From an uncultured Eubacteriales bacterium (lineage in GTDB: Bacteria > Bacillota > Clostridia > Oscillospirales > CAG-272), in contig CATKFO010000059.1 of NCBI GenBank assembly GCA_949747515.1, positions 17,813 through 81,812 of the forward strand: a stretch of 64,000 bases of DNA, written 5' to 3'. A program made the translations under genes and the position numbers. This document shows, one piece after another, positions 25,944 to 34,818 of this stretch. Position 1 is the first letter of the stretch. Each line of letters begins with the position of its first letter. Under the pieces are notes generated by a model. The model did no database searches and had not been told where the DNA came from. It saw nothing but the letters and a program-made list of their open reading frames with translations.

Positions 25944-26141
25944 GATAAGCCCCCCTTTTTTATCTTCAATTATATTATATGCGATATTTAGGATAAATTC
26001 AACCTATTTCAGAAAAATTAAAAAAAATATATCAGTAATGCTGGGGTATTTCCGCAAATATTAATAAATCATTAAGTGGGGTTGTTGTTGAGTCTGATTT
26101 ATCTTATAATATTATTAGATCAAATGCGGCGGGGTGATTTC

Positions 26142-26729
26142 ATGATTTACGGATATGCAAGATGTTCTACCAATGAGAAACTACAGGATATTCAAAGACA
26201 GGTCAGAGAATTAAAACAGCACGGCGCGTCCGACGAGACGATTTATCTTGAATACGAAAGCGGAGCAAAGGAAGATCGGGCAGAGCTTAATAAACTGCTT
26301 AAAGCTATTCAGCCACATGACACGATCATTGCAACGGAAGTAAGCAGAATCACACGCAGTACAAAACAGCTTTGTGAGATTACAGAGCTTGCTAAATTAA
26401 GAAAACTGAAACTGATCCTCGGAAACTTCGTTGTAGATTGCAGTAAGGAGCTTGACCCAATGACTGAGGGAATGTTAAAAATGATGGGTGTGTTCAGTGA
26501 GATTGAGAGAAACATCACAAGTCAGCGTGTGAAAAGCGGTATGCATAATGCAAAGGCAAAAGGCAAGGCAATAGGCAGACCGAATACTACTGCCGACGAT
26601 ATACCGAGCGTATTCTACAAGCATTATCCCAAATACAAAAACGGAGAGCTGAATAAGAAGGATTTATCCCGACTGTGTTCTCTCTCCTATCCTACAGTAT
26701 ACAAATATTTAAGAATGATAGAGGGCTGA
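26142..26729 (+). CDS. small serine recombinase (resolvase/invertase type)
   Basis: MIYGYARCSTNEKLQDIQRQ catalytic N-terminus with the Ser in YARCST, and a C-terminal HTH. GGGGTGA RBS before the ATG at 26142. Confidence 0.88.
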   Translation: MIYGYARCSTNEKLQDIQRQVRELKQHGASDETIYLEYESGAKEDRAELNKLLKAIQPHDTIIATEVSRITRSTKQLCEITELAKLRKLKLILGNFVVDCSKELDPMTEGMLKMMGVFSEIERNITSQRVKSGMHNAKAKGKAIGRPNTTADDIPSVFYKHYPKYKNGELNKKDLSRLCSLSYPTVYKYLRMIEG

Positions 26730-26732
26730 AAA

Positions 26733-27185
26733 ATGAATGTGAAAATCTACTCGCGAGAAGCAATGGAAGAACTGTTGAAAGATAGTGTACTTGAAAGCAC
26801 AGCGGTTATCAGTTTCTATGATCCGCCGACCAAGAGAAATCCAAATGTAACTGAGCCTGTTGACTATACAGGAAAATGTGATCGGGTGTTCCATGTGTGC
26901 ATTAACGATATTGACATTGAGATATTAGGGGACTATGGCTTGACATATGACACATACTTTCCCGAGACTGACGAATTAGCAGAGTTTATTTACAAGGCTA
27001 AGCAGGATGGGTGTGATATTATCTGTCAATGCGAGTATGGGCAAAGCAGGAGCGCGGCGTGTGCCGCGGCGATACTGGAGCATTTCTACGGAACAGGGAT
27101 ATCTGTGTTTGCAGATTACAGGTACTATCCCAATCAGATGGTTTATCATAAGGTTTTTGACGCGTTGGGGAAAGTTAATACATAA
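26733..27185 (+). CDS. CX5R cysteine-phosphatase-fold protein (predicted)
   Basis: CEYGQSRS matches the C-x5-R-(S/T) P-loop of the PTP/DSP fold. The start is 3 nt after the recombinase stop. Confidence 0.55.
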   Translation: MNVKIYSREAMEELLKDSVLESTAVISFYDPPTKRNPNVTEPVDYTGKCDRVFHVCINDIDIEILGDYGLTYDTYFPETDELAEFIYKAKQDGCDIICQCEYGQSRSAACAAAILEHFYGTGISVFADYRYYPNQMVYHKVFDALGKVNT

Positions 27186-27192
27186 CTATGGC

Positions 27193-27230
27193 AAACAGCC
27201 GCTGAATGTTAGTGTTCAGCGGCTGTTTTC
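27193..27230. terminator. bidirectional terminator
   Basis: Perfect 14-bp stem, AAACAGCCGCTGAA (27193-27206) with TTCAGCGGCTGTTT (27215-27228), plus a T run. Confidence 0.9.
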
Positions 27231-27234
27231 TTAT

Positions 27235-27843
27235 CTATAGTATATCTTTATATGTCTTTGCCAAATCTTTCAAAAGAGTATCAATAGCATTAGAAGTTGC
27301 ATCAGATTCACAATTTGAGTTTTCCAAAATTTTAATAGGTTCGTAAGCCTTAAAAAAATCTTTTAGTGTTTTATCACCGAGATAATATAGCTCGTTGTAA
27401 TTAAATGATAATGTGACATGAGGTGAGTTAATTCCATCACCTATATCAATCTTGGGGTTAAATTTATTCAAAATAGCAAGTAGTGCATATGCGATTGGTA
27501 TATTCAACCAAACATCATTGCTATTAAGTTCTGTTCTTAAATCTATTTCATCCCCACATAACCAATCAAGCGAGACACCGAAGTATTTTGCCAAGTACTT
27601 TGCAGTATAAAGACTAGGAGCCTTTTCCCCTGTACCGTACTTGCCTATCATGGATTCATTTACTCCCGTTTCACGTGATATAGTAGCATTATTCTTTTTA
27701 ACTGATTCTTGTGCAGAGATAAATCTTTTAGAAAATTTTTTTCTTATGTTGTCTTCAGCTTCTTGTCTTTTGTTTTTTACTTTAGCATTTTCAGCTTCTT
27801 GTTTTTCTTGTCTTACTTTCAATTTTTCATAATTTGACGCCAT
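27235..27843 (-). CDS. HTH (XRE-like) regulator with N-terminal charged coiled-coil and an unknown C-terminal domain
   Basis: HTH segment NATISRETGVNESMIGKYGTG. AAAGGTGA RBS before the ATG at 27843. Divergent from the primase operon. Confidence 0.75.
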   Translation of the reverse strand: MASNYEKLKVRQEKQEAENAKVKNKRQEAEDNIRKKFSKRFISAQESVKKNNATISRETGVNESMIGKYGTGEKAPSLYTAKYLAKYFGVSLDWLCGDEIDLRTELNSNDVWLNIPIAYALLAILNKFNPKIDIGDGINSPHVTLSFNYNELYYLGDKTLKDFFKAYEPIKILENSNCESDATSNAIDTLLKDLAKTYKDIL

Positions 27844-27884
27844 GAAAATCACCTTTATATATATAATTTTTCTTTAAGTATATC

Positions 27885-27931
27885 ACACTATAGCAAACAT
27901 GTCAATGCTATAGTGTAGAAAACACACTATA
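27885..27931. promoter_or_regulatory. operator repeats of the second switch
   Basis: Perfect 10-bp inverted repeat, ACACTATAGC (27885-27894) and GCTATAGTGT (27907-27916). A third half-site ACACTATA lies at 27924-27931. Confidence 0.65.
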
Positions 27932-28162
27932 AAATATATTCTATATTATGTTTGATTTCCCGCGCGCATATAGCGTACAATATAGATACTTGGTAATAAG
28001 CGGTGTTGGGAGGGCACATAAAAGATGCCGTCAGAGTATTACCGGTACTCCGACGGCGATCATCCAGTGAAAACGAGATTATAACATAACATGCGGTTTC
28101 ACCATATTTATTATAAAACATTTGGACTGTAACCGCAAGAAAAAAGAAAGGAAAATATTATA

Positions 28163-28360
28163 ATGAATGAGTTTTTGAGTAATTTTTTTAAATCCCTTGA
28201 AAATGATCCTGACGTAAAGAAAACAACGTGGGATATACGCGAGGGCAAATATCCACAGGTCACATATGATCTCGGAGACCATATTGAAGAAGTTACAATT
28301 ATGAGGTGCAGTTCAATAGATGATATTGTAAAGGCTCTCATGGATAGTGAGGAGGAATAA
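28163..28360 (+). CDS. hypothetical protein (65 aa)
   Basis: AAAGGAAA RBS. The stop is 1 nt before the primase ATG. Confidence 0.6.
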   Translation: MNEFLSNFFKSLENDPDVKKTTWDIREGKYPQVTYDLGDHIEEVTIMRCSSIDDIVKALMDSEEE

Positions 28361-28361
28361 T

Positions 28362-30734
28362 ATGATATTAGATGAAATACTGAGTTGCTTCAATGACGTT
28401 AAGAAAAAAGACGGTGGAAAGAGATATGAAGCGCGATGTCCTGCACATGACGACAAACACCCAAGCCTATCAATATATATAAATGGCGATTGGGTAAATT
28501 TACATTGTTTTACGGGGTGTTCCGAAGAGAAAATACTCAGTTCAGTGGGATTAAAAAAATCCGATTTATTTATAGGAGCAAAGGGGGTAAGACCAATGGT
28601 AATTAAAGAAAAAATCTATAAATATCAAAAGGCTGACGGCACTCTTGCCTACACAAAAAAACGTTTGGATTATGATGACGGTAAGAAATCATTTTTCTTT
28701 AGTATGCCCGACGGAACAAAAGGATTAAAGGATACAAAACATCTCTTTTATAATCTCCCGGGGATAGACAAAGCTAAAATAATTTATTTTGCAGAAGGTG
28801 AGAAATGCGCCGACGCGATCATTGAGCAAGGCTATACAGCAACTACTCTTGACAGCGGAGCAAATTCAAAATTTTATAAAGAATATATAAAATACTTCAA
28901 AGATAAGGAAGTCATAATCATTCCTGACAATGACGAGCCGGGAATGAAGTATGCCAAAATGATTCAAAAAAATCTACCGTGGGCAGTAATTAAAGAGTTG
29001 CCGGGTCTCAAAGAAAAAGAAGATGTGTATGACTGGTTACAATCGGGACATTCAATAACCGAGATTGAAAAAATTCCTGCGACGGTTTTAGAAAATACTG
29101 ATAATGAAACTTCTGATATCTCCTTTGAAAACAGACAACAGTCTGGCATTTTACTTGATATTATCAGAAATGAAGAAACAGACTTCTTTATGGATGAAAG
29201 TAATAATGCGTTTATAGAAATACTAAATGAAGACCATAAGGAAATTTATGATATAAGTGGCAGTGACTTTAACTTGTGGGCTCAGAATGTATTCTACAAG
29301 AAGAGCAAAAAGGCAATCTGCAAAGACAGTCTTGCGAGAGCAATAGACATTCTGATTGCAGATACAAAATTTGGCAACAAGCAAAAATATATATTGTCAA
29401 ATCGTGTTGCAAAAAGCGGAAATGATTTTTGGTTTGACCTCTCAAATGATAAGTGGTCGGCAATCAGAACAAATTCCGATGGATGGGCATTGATTAAGGA
29501 CGTTCCGAAGCTGTTTTGCAGATATAATCATCAGGCGGCGCAGACGCTTCCGCAGAGCGGCGGGAATATTATGGAAATATTTAAATATGTAAACATGAGC
29601 GGATATCAAACCTTATTCCTTTGTTGGCTTGTCTCATGCTATGTGCCTGATATACCACACCCTATGCCGATTTTTTACGGCGAGAAGGGCGCGGCGAAAA
29701 GCACAGCTTGTGAGCTGTTGAAAAAGCTAATTGATCCGTCATTGATGGATACAGTATCATTAAGTAAAGATGAAAGGACGCTTGTAGTCAATTTACAACA
29801 TCATTATTTTCTACCGTTTGACAATGTATCTGCCATCAATAATGATACCAGCGACATATTGTGCCGAGCGATTACAGGCGGGGCAGTTCAGCAGAGAAAA
29901 TTACATACTAATGGTGAAGATTATATTTTCAAATTTAAAAGGTGTTTAGCTATAAATGGCATTAACAATGTTGCGAATCGTTCAGACCTTCTTGACCGTT
30001 CCATACTGTTTGAGTTGGAGCGTGTGCCCGAAGAAAAGCGTAAGGAAGTACAGGAAATTAAAAATACGTTTGAAGCTGACAGACCTTATCTATTGGGAGC
30101 CATATTTGATATTCTGTCAAAGGCAATGGCAATACATCCAACTGTAAAATTGGACATGCTTCCGCGAATGGCTGATTTCTGTCGTTGGGGGTATGCTATT
30201 GCAGAAGCAATAGGAAATCATGGCGATAGATTTTTACAAGAGTATAAATCTAATCAGGAAATACAGAATACCGAAGCAGTTAACGCGGATATGGTAGCCT
30301 TTCTGATAGTTGAATTTATGAGACACCAAAGAGATTGGTCGGGACGAGTATCTAAGCTTTACAGTGAATTGAAAAATGAAGCTGAAAGGCAAGGCATAAA
30401 TCCCAACAGCAAAAATATACCACAATCTCCTAATAATCTATCAAGACGAATAAAAGCTGTCAAGAGCAATCTTGAAAAGGTGGGTATCACATTTGAATTT
30501 GACACTACAAGATCAGACGGCACATACATCATACTTAAAAATACAATTTTATCTCCATTAGCTTCATGCCATGTGAATCCATACCAAGTTCTGGAGGATT
30601 CAAGCGAAATAGGCAATGGTGACGGCAATGGAGATAGTTCATTCACATCGGAAGCATCACCACTCCAAACTACCTTTAACAGCAATGACAATGGCGATAA
30701 TGAAGATGATGAAGATGAAAATGTAATATTTTAA
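28362..30734 (+). CDS. bifunctional DNA primase / P-loop helicase-like replication protein
   Basis: Zinc motif CPAHDDKHPS..HCFTGC, Toprim-like FAEGEKCADA and IIIPDNDEPG, Walker A GEKGAAKST, and an acidic tail. GAGGAGG RBS before the ATG at 28362. Confidence 0.85.
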   Translation: MILDEILSCFNDVKKKDGGKRYEARCPAHDDKHPSLSIYINGDWVNLHCFTGCSEEKILSSVGLKKSDLFIGAKGVRPMVIKEKIYKYQKADGTLAYTKKRLDYDDGKKSFFFSMPDGTKGLKDTKHLFYNLPGIDKAKIIYFAEGEKCADAIIEQGYTATTLDSGANSKFYKEYIKYFKDKEVIIIPDNDEPGMKYAKMIQKNLPWAVIKELPGLKEKEDVYDWLQSGHSITEIEKIPATVLENTDNETSDISFENRQQSGILLDIIRNEETDFFMDESNNAFIEILNEDHKEIYDISGSDFNLWAQNVFYKKSKKAICKDSLARAIDILIADTKFGNKQKYILSNRVAKSGNDFWFDLSNDKWSAIRTNSDGWALIKDVPKLFCRYNHQAAQTLPQSGGNIMEIFKYVNMSGYQTLFLCWLVSCYVPDIPHPMPIFYGEKGAAKSTACELLKKLIDPSLMDTVSLSKDERTLVVNLQHHYFLPFDNVSAINNDTSDILCRAITGGAVQQRKLHTNGEDYIFKFKRCLAINGINNVANRSDLLDRSILFELERVPEEKRKEVQEIKNTFEADRPYLLGAIFDILSKAMAIHPTVKLDMLPRMADFCRWGYAIAEAIGNHGDRFLQEYKSNQEIQNTEAVNADMVAFLIVEFMRHQRDWSGRVSKLYSELKNEAERQGINPNSKNIPQSPNNLSRRIKAVKSNLEKVGITFEFDTTRSDGTYIILKNTILSPLASCHVNPYQVLEDSSEIGNGDGNGDSSFTSEASPLQTTFNSNDNGDNEDDEDENVIF

Positions 30735-30748
30735 TACGGAGGCTATAT

Positions 30749-30952
30749 ATGAACAAAGAAATAAGTATTCCAATTAATCAAAAGGCTTTACTTTCAATTA
30801 GAGAGGCGTCGGAGTATACCAACATAGGTATTAATAAAATTGACCGTATGCTCAGGACTCCTAATTGTCCGTTTGTACTTTATGTAGGTACAAAGAAGCT
30901 TGTTAAACGTAAGGAATTTGAAAAGTTTCTTGATAATCAGTTGGTTATCTGA
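30749..30952 (+). CDS. xis: excisionase-family DNA-binding protein
   Basis: 67 aa; LLSIREASEYTNIGINKIDRML HTH typical of small excisionases. GGAGG RBS. Lies directly upstream of int. Confidence 0.8.
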   Translation: MNKEISIPINQKALLSIREASEYTNIGINKIDRMLRTPNCPFVLYVGTKKLVKRKEFEKFLDNQLVI

Positions 30953-31003
30953 CGTTTAAAAGATTTTTAGTAATTATAGTAAGAAAATTTATTAAAACCA
31001 TTG

Positions 31004-31051
31004 AGAGAAAAGAGCTTTTATGATATAATAACATGTCAGGCTCTTTTCTCT
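31004..31051 (+). promoter_or_regulatory. 12-bp perfect inverted repeat bracketing an extended -10 element upstream of int
   Basis: AGAGAAAAGAGC (31004-31015) and GCTCTTTTCTCT (31040-31051). TGATATAAT at 31021-31029 lies between the arms. Confidence 0.5.
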
Positions 31052-31073
31052 TCTACTCAGAAAGGAGCTTTAC

Positions 31074-32270
31074 ATGGGCAAGGATTTAAAAGGCAGAGAA
31101 ATTGGAAAGGGACTTTCACAGCGCAAGGACAAGAAGTATTCTGCAAGATATGTAACGAAAAGCGGAAGACGGCTTGAAAAATATTTTAGCACACTTCCCG
31201 AAGCCCGAAATTGGCTTGCAGATTCTCAATATGAAGATTTATACGGTACAACGGGACTTACTTCTACAGTCAGCGTAGACACGTGGTTTAATTACTGGTA
31301 TAATAACTTAATAGTTGATTTATCTCCTAATACAAGACGGAATTATAAGGAGCGATACGAAAGAAATATTCAGCCTGCTATAGGCAGAATGTGTATATCA
31401 GACGTTAAGCCAATGCACTGCAAAATGATACTTAACAACATGTCGAAGGACTATGCAGGCTCTACAATCCGTCAGACATATATAGCTATGGGAACAATGT
31501 TCCGATCTGCCGTTATGAATGATGTAATCCGAAAACATCCTATGGACGGTGTGAAATCCACAAAACCCGTAAGAGCGCCCAGCGACCATAGAGTATTGAC
31601 CGTAGAAGAACAGAAAAAGTTTCTTAAAGTTGCAAAATCATCACATAATTATTATCAGTATGCTTTGGCATTGGAAACAGGACTGAGAACAGGTGAAATA
31701 ATTGGTCTTACTTGGGATGCGGTTGATTTAAAAAATAAAGCTCTTACTGTTAATAAAACTCTTGAGTTCAGACACAATCAGCATACATGGCGGGCTGGTC
31801 CTCCTAAGACGCGGACAAGCTACAGAACAATTCCTCTTACAAACAGAGCTTATAACTTATTTCTGGAGCTTAAAGAAATGCGTAAGTCTCAGAAATTATC
31901 TGAGAATTTATCACAAATGCTGACATACACCGACAGGCGTACAGGGCAAAAGTCAAGTCTTATAATGCGCGATTTGGTATTTATAAATTTCAGAACTGGA
32001 ATGCCTGCAAAAAACAGTTCTTATGACACCCATATTTATAAGCTGTGCGAGACGGCGGGAATACCTCCGTTTTCAATGCACACATTAAGACATACATATG
32101 CAACGAGGGCGATTGAAAGCGGCGTACAGCCAAAAGTTCTTCAAAAACTTTTAGGTCATGCAAGCATTCAAACTACAATGGATACATATGTTCATGTAAC
32201 GGATGATTCCATGAATAACGCTATCAGACAGTTTGAATTAAACAACGCGGCAAACAATGATTTACCCTGA
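31074..32270 (+). CDS. int: tyrosine-type site-specific integrase
   Basis: Catalytic C-terminus HTLRHTYAT ... LGHASIQTTMDTYVHV. The N-terminal basic segment resembles arm-binding domains. AAAGGAG RBS. Confidence 0.93.
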   Translation: MGKDLKGREIGKGLSQRKDKKYSARYVTKSGRRLEKYFSTLPEARNWLADSQYEDLYGTTGLTSTVSVDTWFNYWYNNLIVDLSPNTRRNYKERYERNIQPAIGRMCISDVKPMHCKMILNNMSKDYAGSTIRQTYIAMGTMFRSAVMNDVIRKHPMDGVKSTKPVRAPSDHRVLTVEEQKKFLKVAKSSHNYYQYALALETGLRTGEIIGLTWDAVDLKNKALTVNKTLEFRHNQHTWRAGPPKTRTSYRTIPLTNRAYNLFLELKEMRKSQKLSENLSQMLTYTDRRTGQKSSLIMRDLVFINFRTGMPAKNSSYDTHIYKLCETAGIPPFSMHTLRHTYATRAIESGVQPKVLQKLLGHASIQTTMDTYVHVTDDSMNNAIRQFELNNAANNDLP

Positions 32271-32291
32271 TTTATGCCTGTTTTGTAATCC

Positions 32292-32313
32292 AAATGGCGT
32301 AAAAAATGGCGTA
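32292..32313 (+). repeat. right copy of the terminal direct repeat
   Basis: AAATGGCGTAAAAAATGGCGTA; matches 21717-21737 except for one extra A. Confidence 0.8.
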
Positions 32314-32367
32314 AAATAAATTTGAAACCATTAAAAACCCCTTAAAATAAAGGAGATTTGAAAATAA

Positions 32368-33462
32368 ATGAAATTAGGAATAATCGGCCTGCCCAACGTA
32401 GGAAAAAGCACGTTATTTAACGCTATAACAGGAGCTGGAGCCGCCAGTGCCAATTATCCGTTTTGTACTATAGACCCCAACATAGGCATAGTGCAAGTGC
32501 CGGACAAGCGTCTTGATATACTTCGAGATATGTATTCGCCACAGCTCTATACTCCTGCGACTGTTGAATTTGTCGATATTGCCGGACTTGTTCGCGGGGC
32601 TTCAAAAGGAGAAGGTCTTGGAAACAAATTTCTTTCTCATATTCGAGACGTCGACGCCGTCGTACATGTGCTGAGATGCTTTGAAGACGGAGATATTATT
32701 CACGTAGACGGATCAGTAGACCCTATGAGAGATCTTGAGACTATAAATCTCGAGCTTATATTTTCTGATATCGAAACTCTTGATCGGCGTATAGCAAAAA
32801 CGGAAAAACTTTTAAAGGGAGATAAGTCTTTAGCTTTTCAGCTTGAAACTCTAAAAAAAGTAAAAAACTCGCTTGAAGATGGAATTACCGCAAGAGCTAT
32901 AGGACTTTCCGAGGAGGAGAATGAAATTATATCGGATGTGGAGCTTCTTACGCTAAAGCCGGTTATATATGTCGCGAATGTTTCAGAGAGCGAGGCTTCG
33001 GGAGTCAGTGAAACAAATGAATATTATAAAAAGGTAAAAGATGCGGCTGAATCCGAGGGAGCTGAGGTTATACCGGTATGCTGCGGTATTGAAGCGGAGA
33101 TAGCGGAGCTTGATCCGGAAGAAAAAGAAATGTTCCTTGAGGAGATGGGAATAAAAGAGAGCGGACTTGACAGACTTATAACGGCGAGCTATTCGCTGCT
33201 TGGCTACATAAGCTATCTTACCGCTGGACCAAAGGAGGTCAGGGCTTGGCCGATAGTGAAGGGAACTAAAGCCCCTCAGGCAGCCGGAAAGATACATAGT
33301 GATTTTGAACGAGGATTCATACGCGCTGAAATCGTCTCTTTTGAAGATTTAGTTGATTGCGGTTCTATGAACGCGGCTAAGGAAAAAGGCTTGCTTAGAA
33401 GCGAGGGCAAGGAGTATGTTATTCGCGACGGAGACGTAGTTTTGTTTAGATTTAACGTGTAG
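32368..33462 (+). CDS. ychF: redox-regulated ATPase YchF
   Basis: MKLGIIGLPNVGKSTLFNA P-loop N-terminus and a TGS-like C-terminus. Confidence 0.95.
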   Translation: MKLGIIGLPNVGKSTLFNAITGAGAASANYPFCTIDPNIGIVQVPDKRLDILRDMYSPQLYTPATVEFVDIAGLVRGASKGEGLGNKFLSHIRDVDAVVHVLRCFEDGDIIHVDGSVDPMRDLETINLELIFSDIETLDRRIAKTEKLLKGDKSLAFQLETLKKVKNSLEDGITARAIGLSEEENEIISDVELLTLKPVIYVANVSESEASGVSETNEYYKKVKDAAESEGAEVIPVCCGIEAEIAELDPEEKEMFLEEMGIKESGLDRLITASYSLLGYISYLTAGPKEVRAWPIVKGTKAPQAAGKIHSDFERGFIRAEIVSFEDLVDCGSMNAAKEKGLLRSEGKEYVIRDGDVVLFRFNV

Positions 33463-33487
33463 TACCAATAGTATTAATGTAAAATAA

Positions 33488-33527
33488 TACGATGGAGTAG
33501 GAAGCCAATCTGTTCCTCTCCATCGTA
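33488..33527. terminator. bidirectional hairpin between convergent genes
   Basis: Perfect 10-bp stem, TACGATGGAG (33488-33497) with CTCCATCGTA (33518-33527). Confidence 0.7.
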
Positions 33528-33537
33528 ATTATTTTAT

Positions 33538-34641
33538 TTATTTTTGAAAAATATCGATTACGACATATTCTGATATAGCTCCAGTTTTAAACGGTATTCC
33601 CCAACCTGAAATACCTGATGTTACAACGAAAGCTGTGTTTCCTCTAATCTCAGAGCCATATACTGAATCGTTCGCTTTCAGTATTCTTTTCCCAATAATT
33701 CCAGCGGGGAAAATATGTCCGCCGTGGGTATGTCCCGACAATACGAGATCTATGCCGGCCGACGCTTCGGCATCGTAGTCGTTTGGCTGATGATCGAGAA
33801 GTATGGCGTACTTTGATTTATCAATATCCGCAGTTAGAGCATTTACGTCCATCCTGCTCTCATTTTGCCTATCTTGTCTTCCGATTATGTAGAAACAGTC
33901 GTTAATGAGCGCGTATTCGTCTTCCAAAATAATAACTTTGTTTTTTTTGAGTTCTTTCCTGAGTTCCGATGAAGAAAAATCGCGATACTGATAATAACCT
34001 TCGTCGTGATTTCCCATAACAAAATAAACTCCGAACTTTGGATTAAGTTCGCCCAATGCTTGACAAGCGATTACCATATCGTCTTTAATTGTGTCGTCGT
34101 CGACAAAGTCTCCAACGATAACTATTATGTCTGGATTAGATTCGCGGACTTTTTTCATTTCCTTGGAGAACTTTTCTCCATCAAGGGTTATACCTATATG
34201 AGCGTCTGCAATTTCTACTATTCGCAGGGAATCTTGTCCCAGATCTTTGGAAGTATTGAATTGGTAGTTTGTTTCAAATATGTAATGAGCGCAGAACCAT
34301 CCGTAGCTTAAATATATTACGGTAACGCAGATAGAAATGATTCCCGAATAGTATTCTTTCAGTTTTTCCTTCCTACAAATTTTTCTTATTACAAAAAAAA
34401 TCAGGTCGCATAAAATCCAAATAATTACAAGGTGAAGAAGGACGATTACAGCTGCGAACACGTTTATAAATGTAAAGCATGATACGATGAGCAAAGGCGT
34501 AGAAGCGACGATCCACGAAACGATTTTATTTTTTCTGGAAAGCTTTTGTATTATGTTGAACTTATGCGTTTGAATTACCACATATATTGCGCTCAATATG
34601 GCGCATATAATTAACGCTCCGAAAAGAACTGCCCAAATCAT
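33538..34641 (-). CDS. membrane-anchored metallophosphoesterase
   Basis: N-terminal TM segments, then DAHIG, GDFVDD, GNHD and GHTHGG motifs. Confidence 0.85.
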   Translation of the reverse strand: MIWAVLFGALIICAILSAIYVVIQTHKFNIIQKLSRKNKIVSWIVASTPLLIVSCFTFINVFAAVIVLLHLVIIWILCDLIFFVIRKICRKEKLKEYYSGIISICVTVIYLSYGWFCAHYIFETNYQFNTSKDLGQDSLRIVEIADAHIGITLDGEKFSKEMKKVRESNPDIIVIVGDFVDDDTIKDDMVIACQALGELNPKFGVYFVMGNHDEGYYQYRDFSSSELRKELKKNKVIILEDEYALINDCFYIIGRQDRQNESRMDVNALTADIDKSKYAILLDHQPNDYDAEASAGIDLVLSGHTHGGHIFPAGIIGKRILKANDSVYGSEIRGNTAFVVTSGISGWGIPFKTGAISEYVVIDIFQK

Positions 34642-34783
34642 ATATATCCCTCCCTTTTGTAATAGACTGAGCTTGGGTCGAAGACGCTTTTATGCCGTTA
34701 ATTAAAAGAATACCATATTACGATGCGGAAAAGAATATTTAATTTGTTATAATTATGTAAATCAAATAATCTATTTAATTTTA

Positions 34784-34812
34784 TTGACTTTTATATTTAT
34801 TCATGATATAAT
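34784..34812 (+). promoter_or_regulatory. sigma-A type promoter of the pnuC-like gene
   Basis: TTGACT (34784-34789), a 17-nt spacer, then TATAAT (34807-34812). Confidence 0.65.
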
Positions 34813-34818
34813 TTTTAA

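Larger units (their letters stand above)
21593..32367. mobile_element. integrative element (satellite/IME-like), about 10.7 kb; the alternative boundaries are the direct repeats at 21717 and 32313
   Basis: Integrase, excisionase, primase-helicase, repressor switches and a serine recombinase. Flanked by the ychF-start duplication and by ATGGCGTAAAA repeats. Lower G+C than the flanks in hand-counted samples. Confidence 0.8.

Noticed and set aside
25550-26141. Possible invertible segment (the Phd gene lies in opposite orientation next to a serine recombinase)
   Set aside because: I looked for inverted repeats flanking 25701-25943. I found only a weak match of about 7-9 nt (TTTATCC..TA near 25563, with its complement near 25990), which is not enough to claim hix-like sites.
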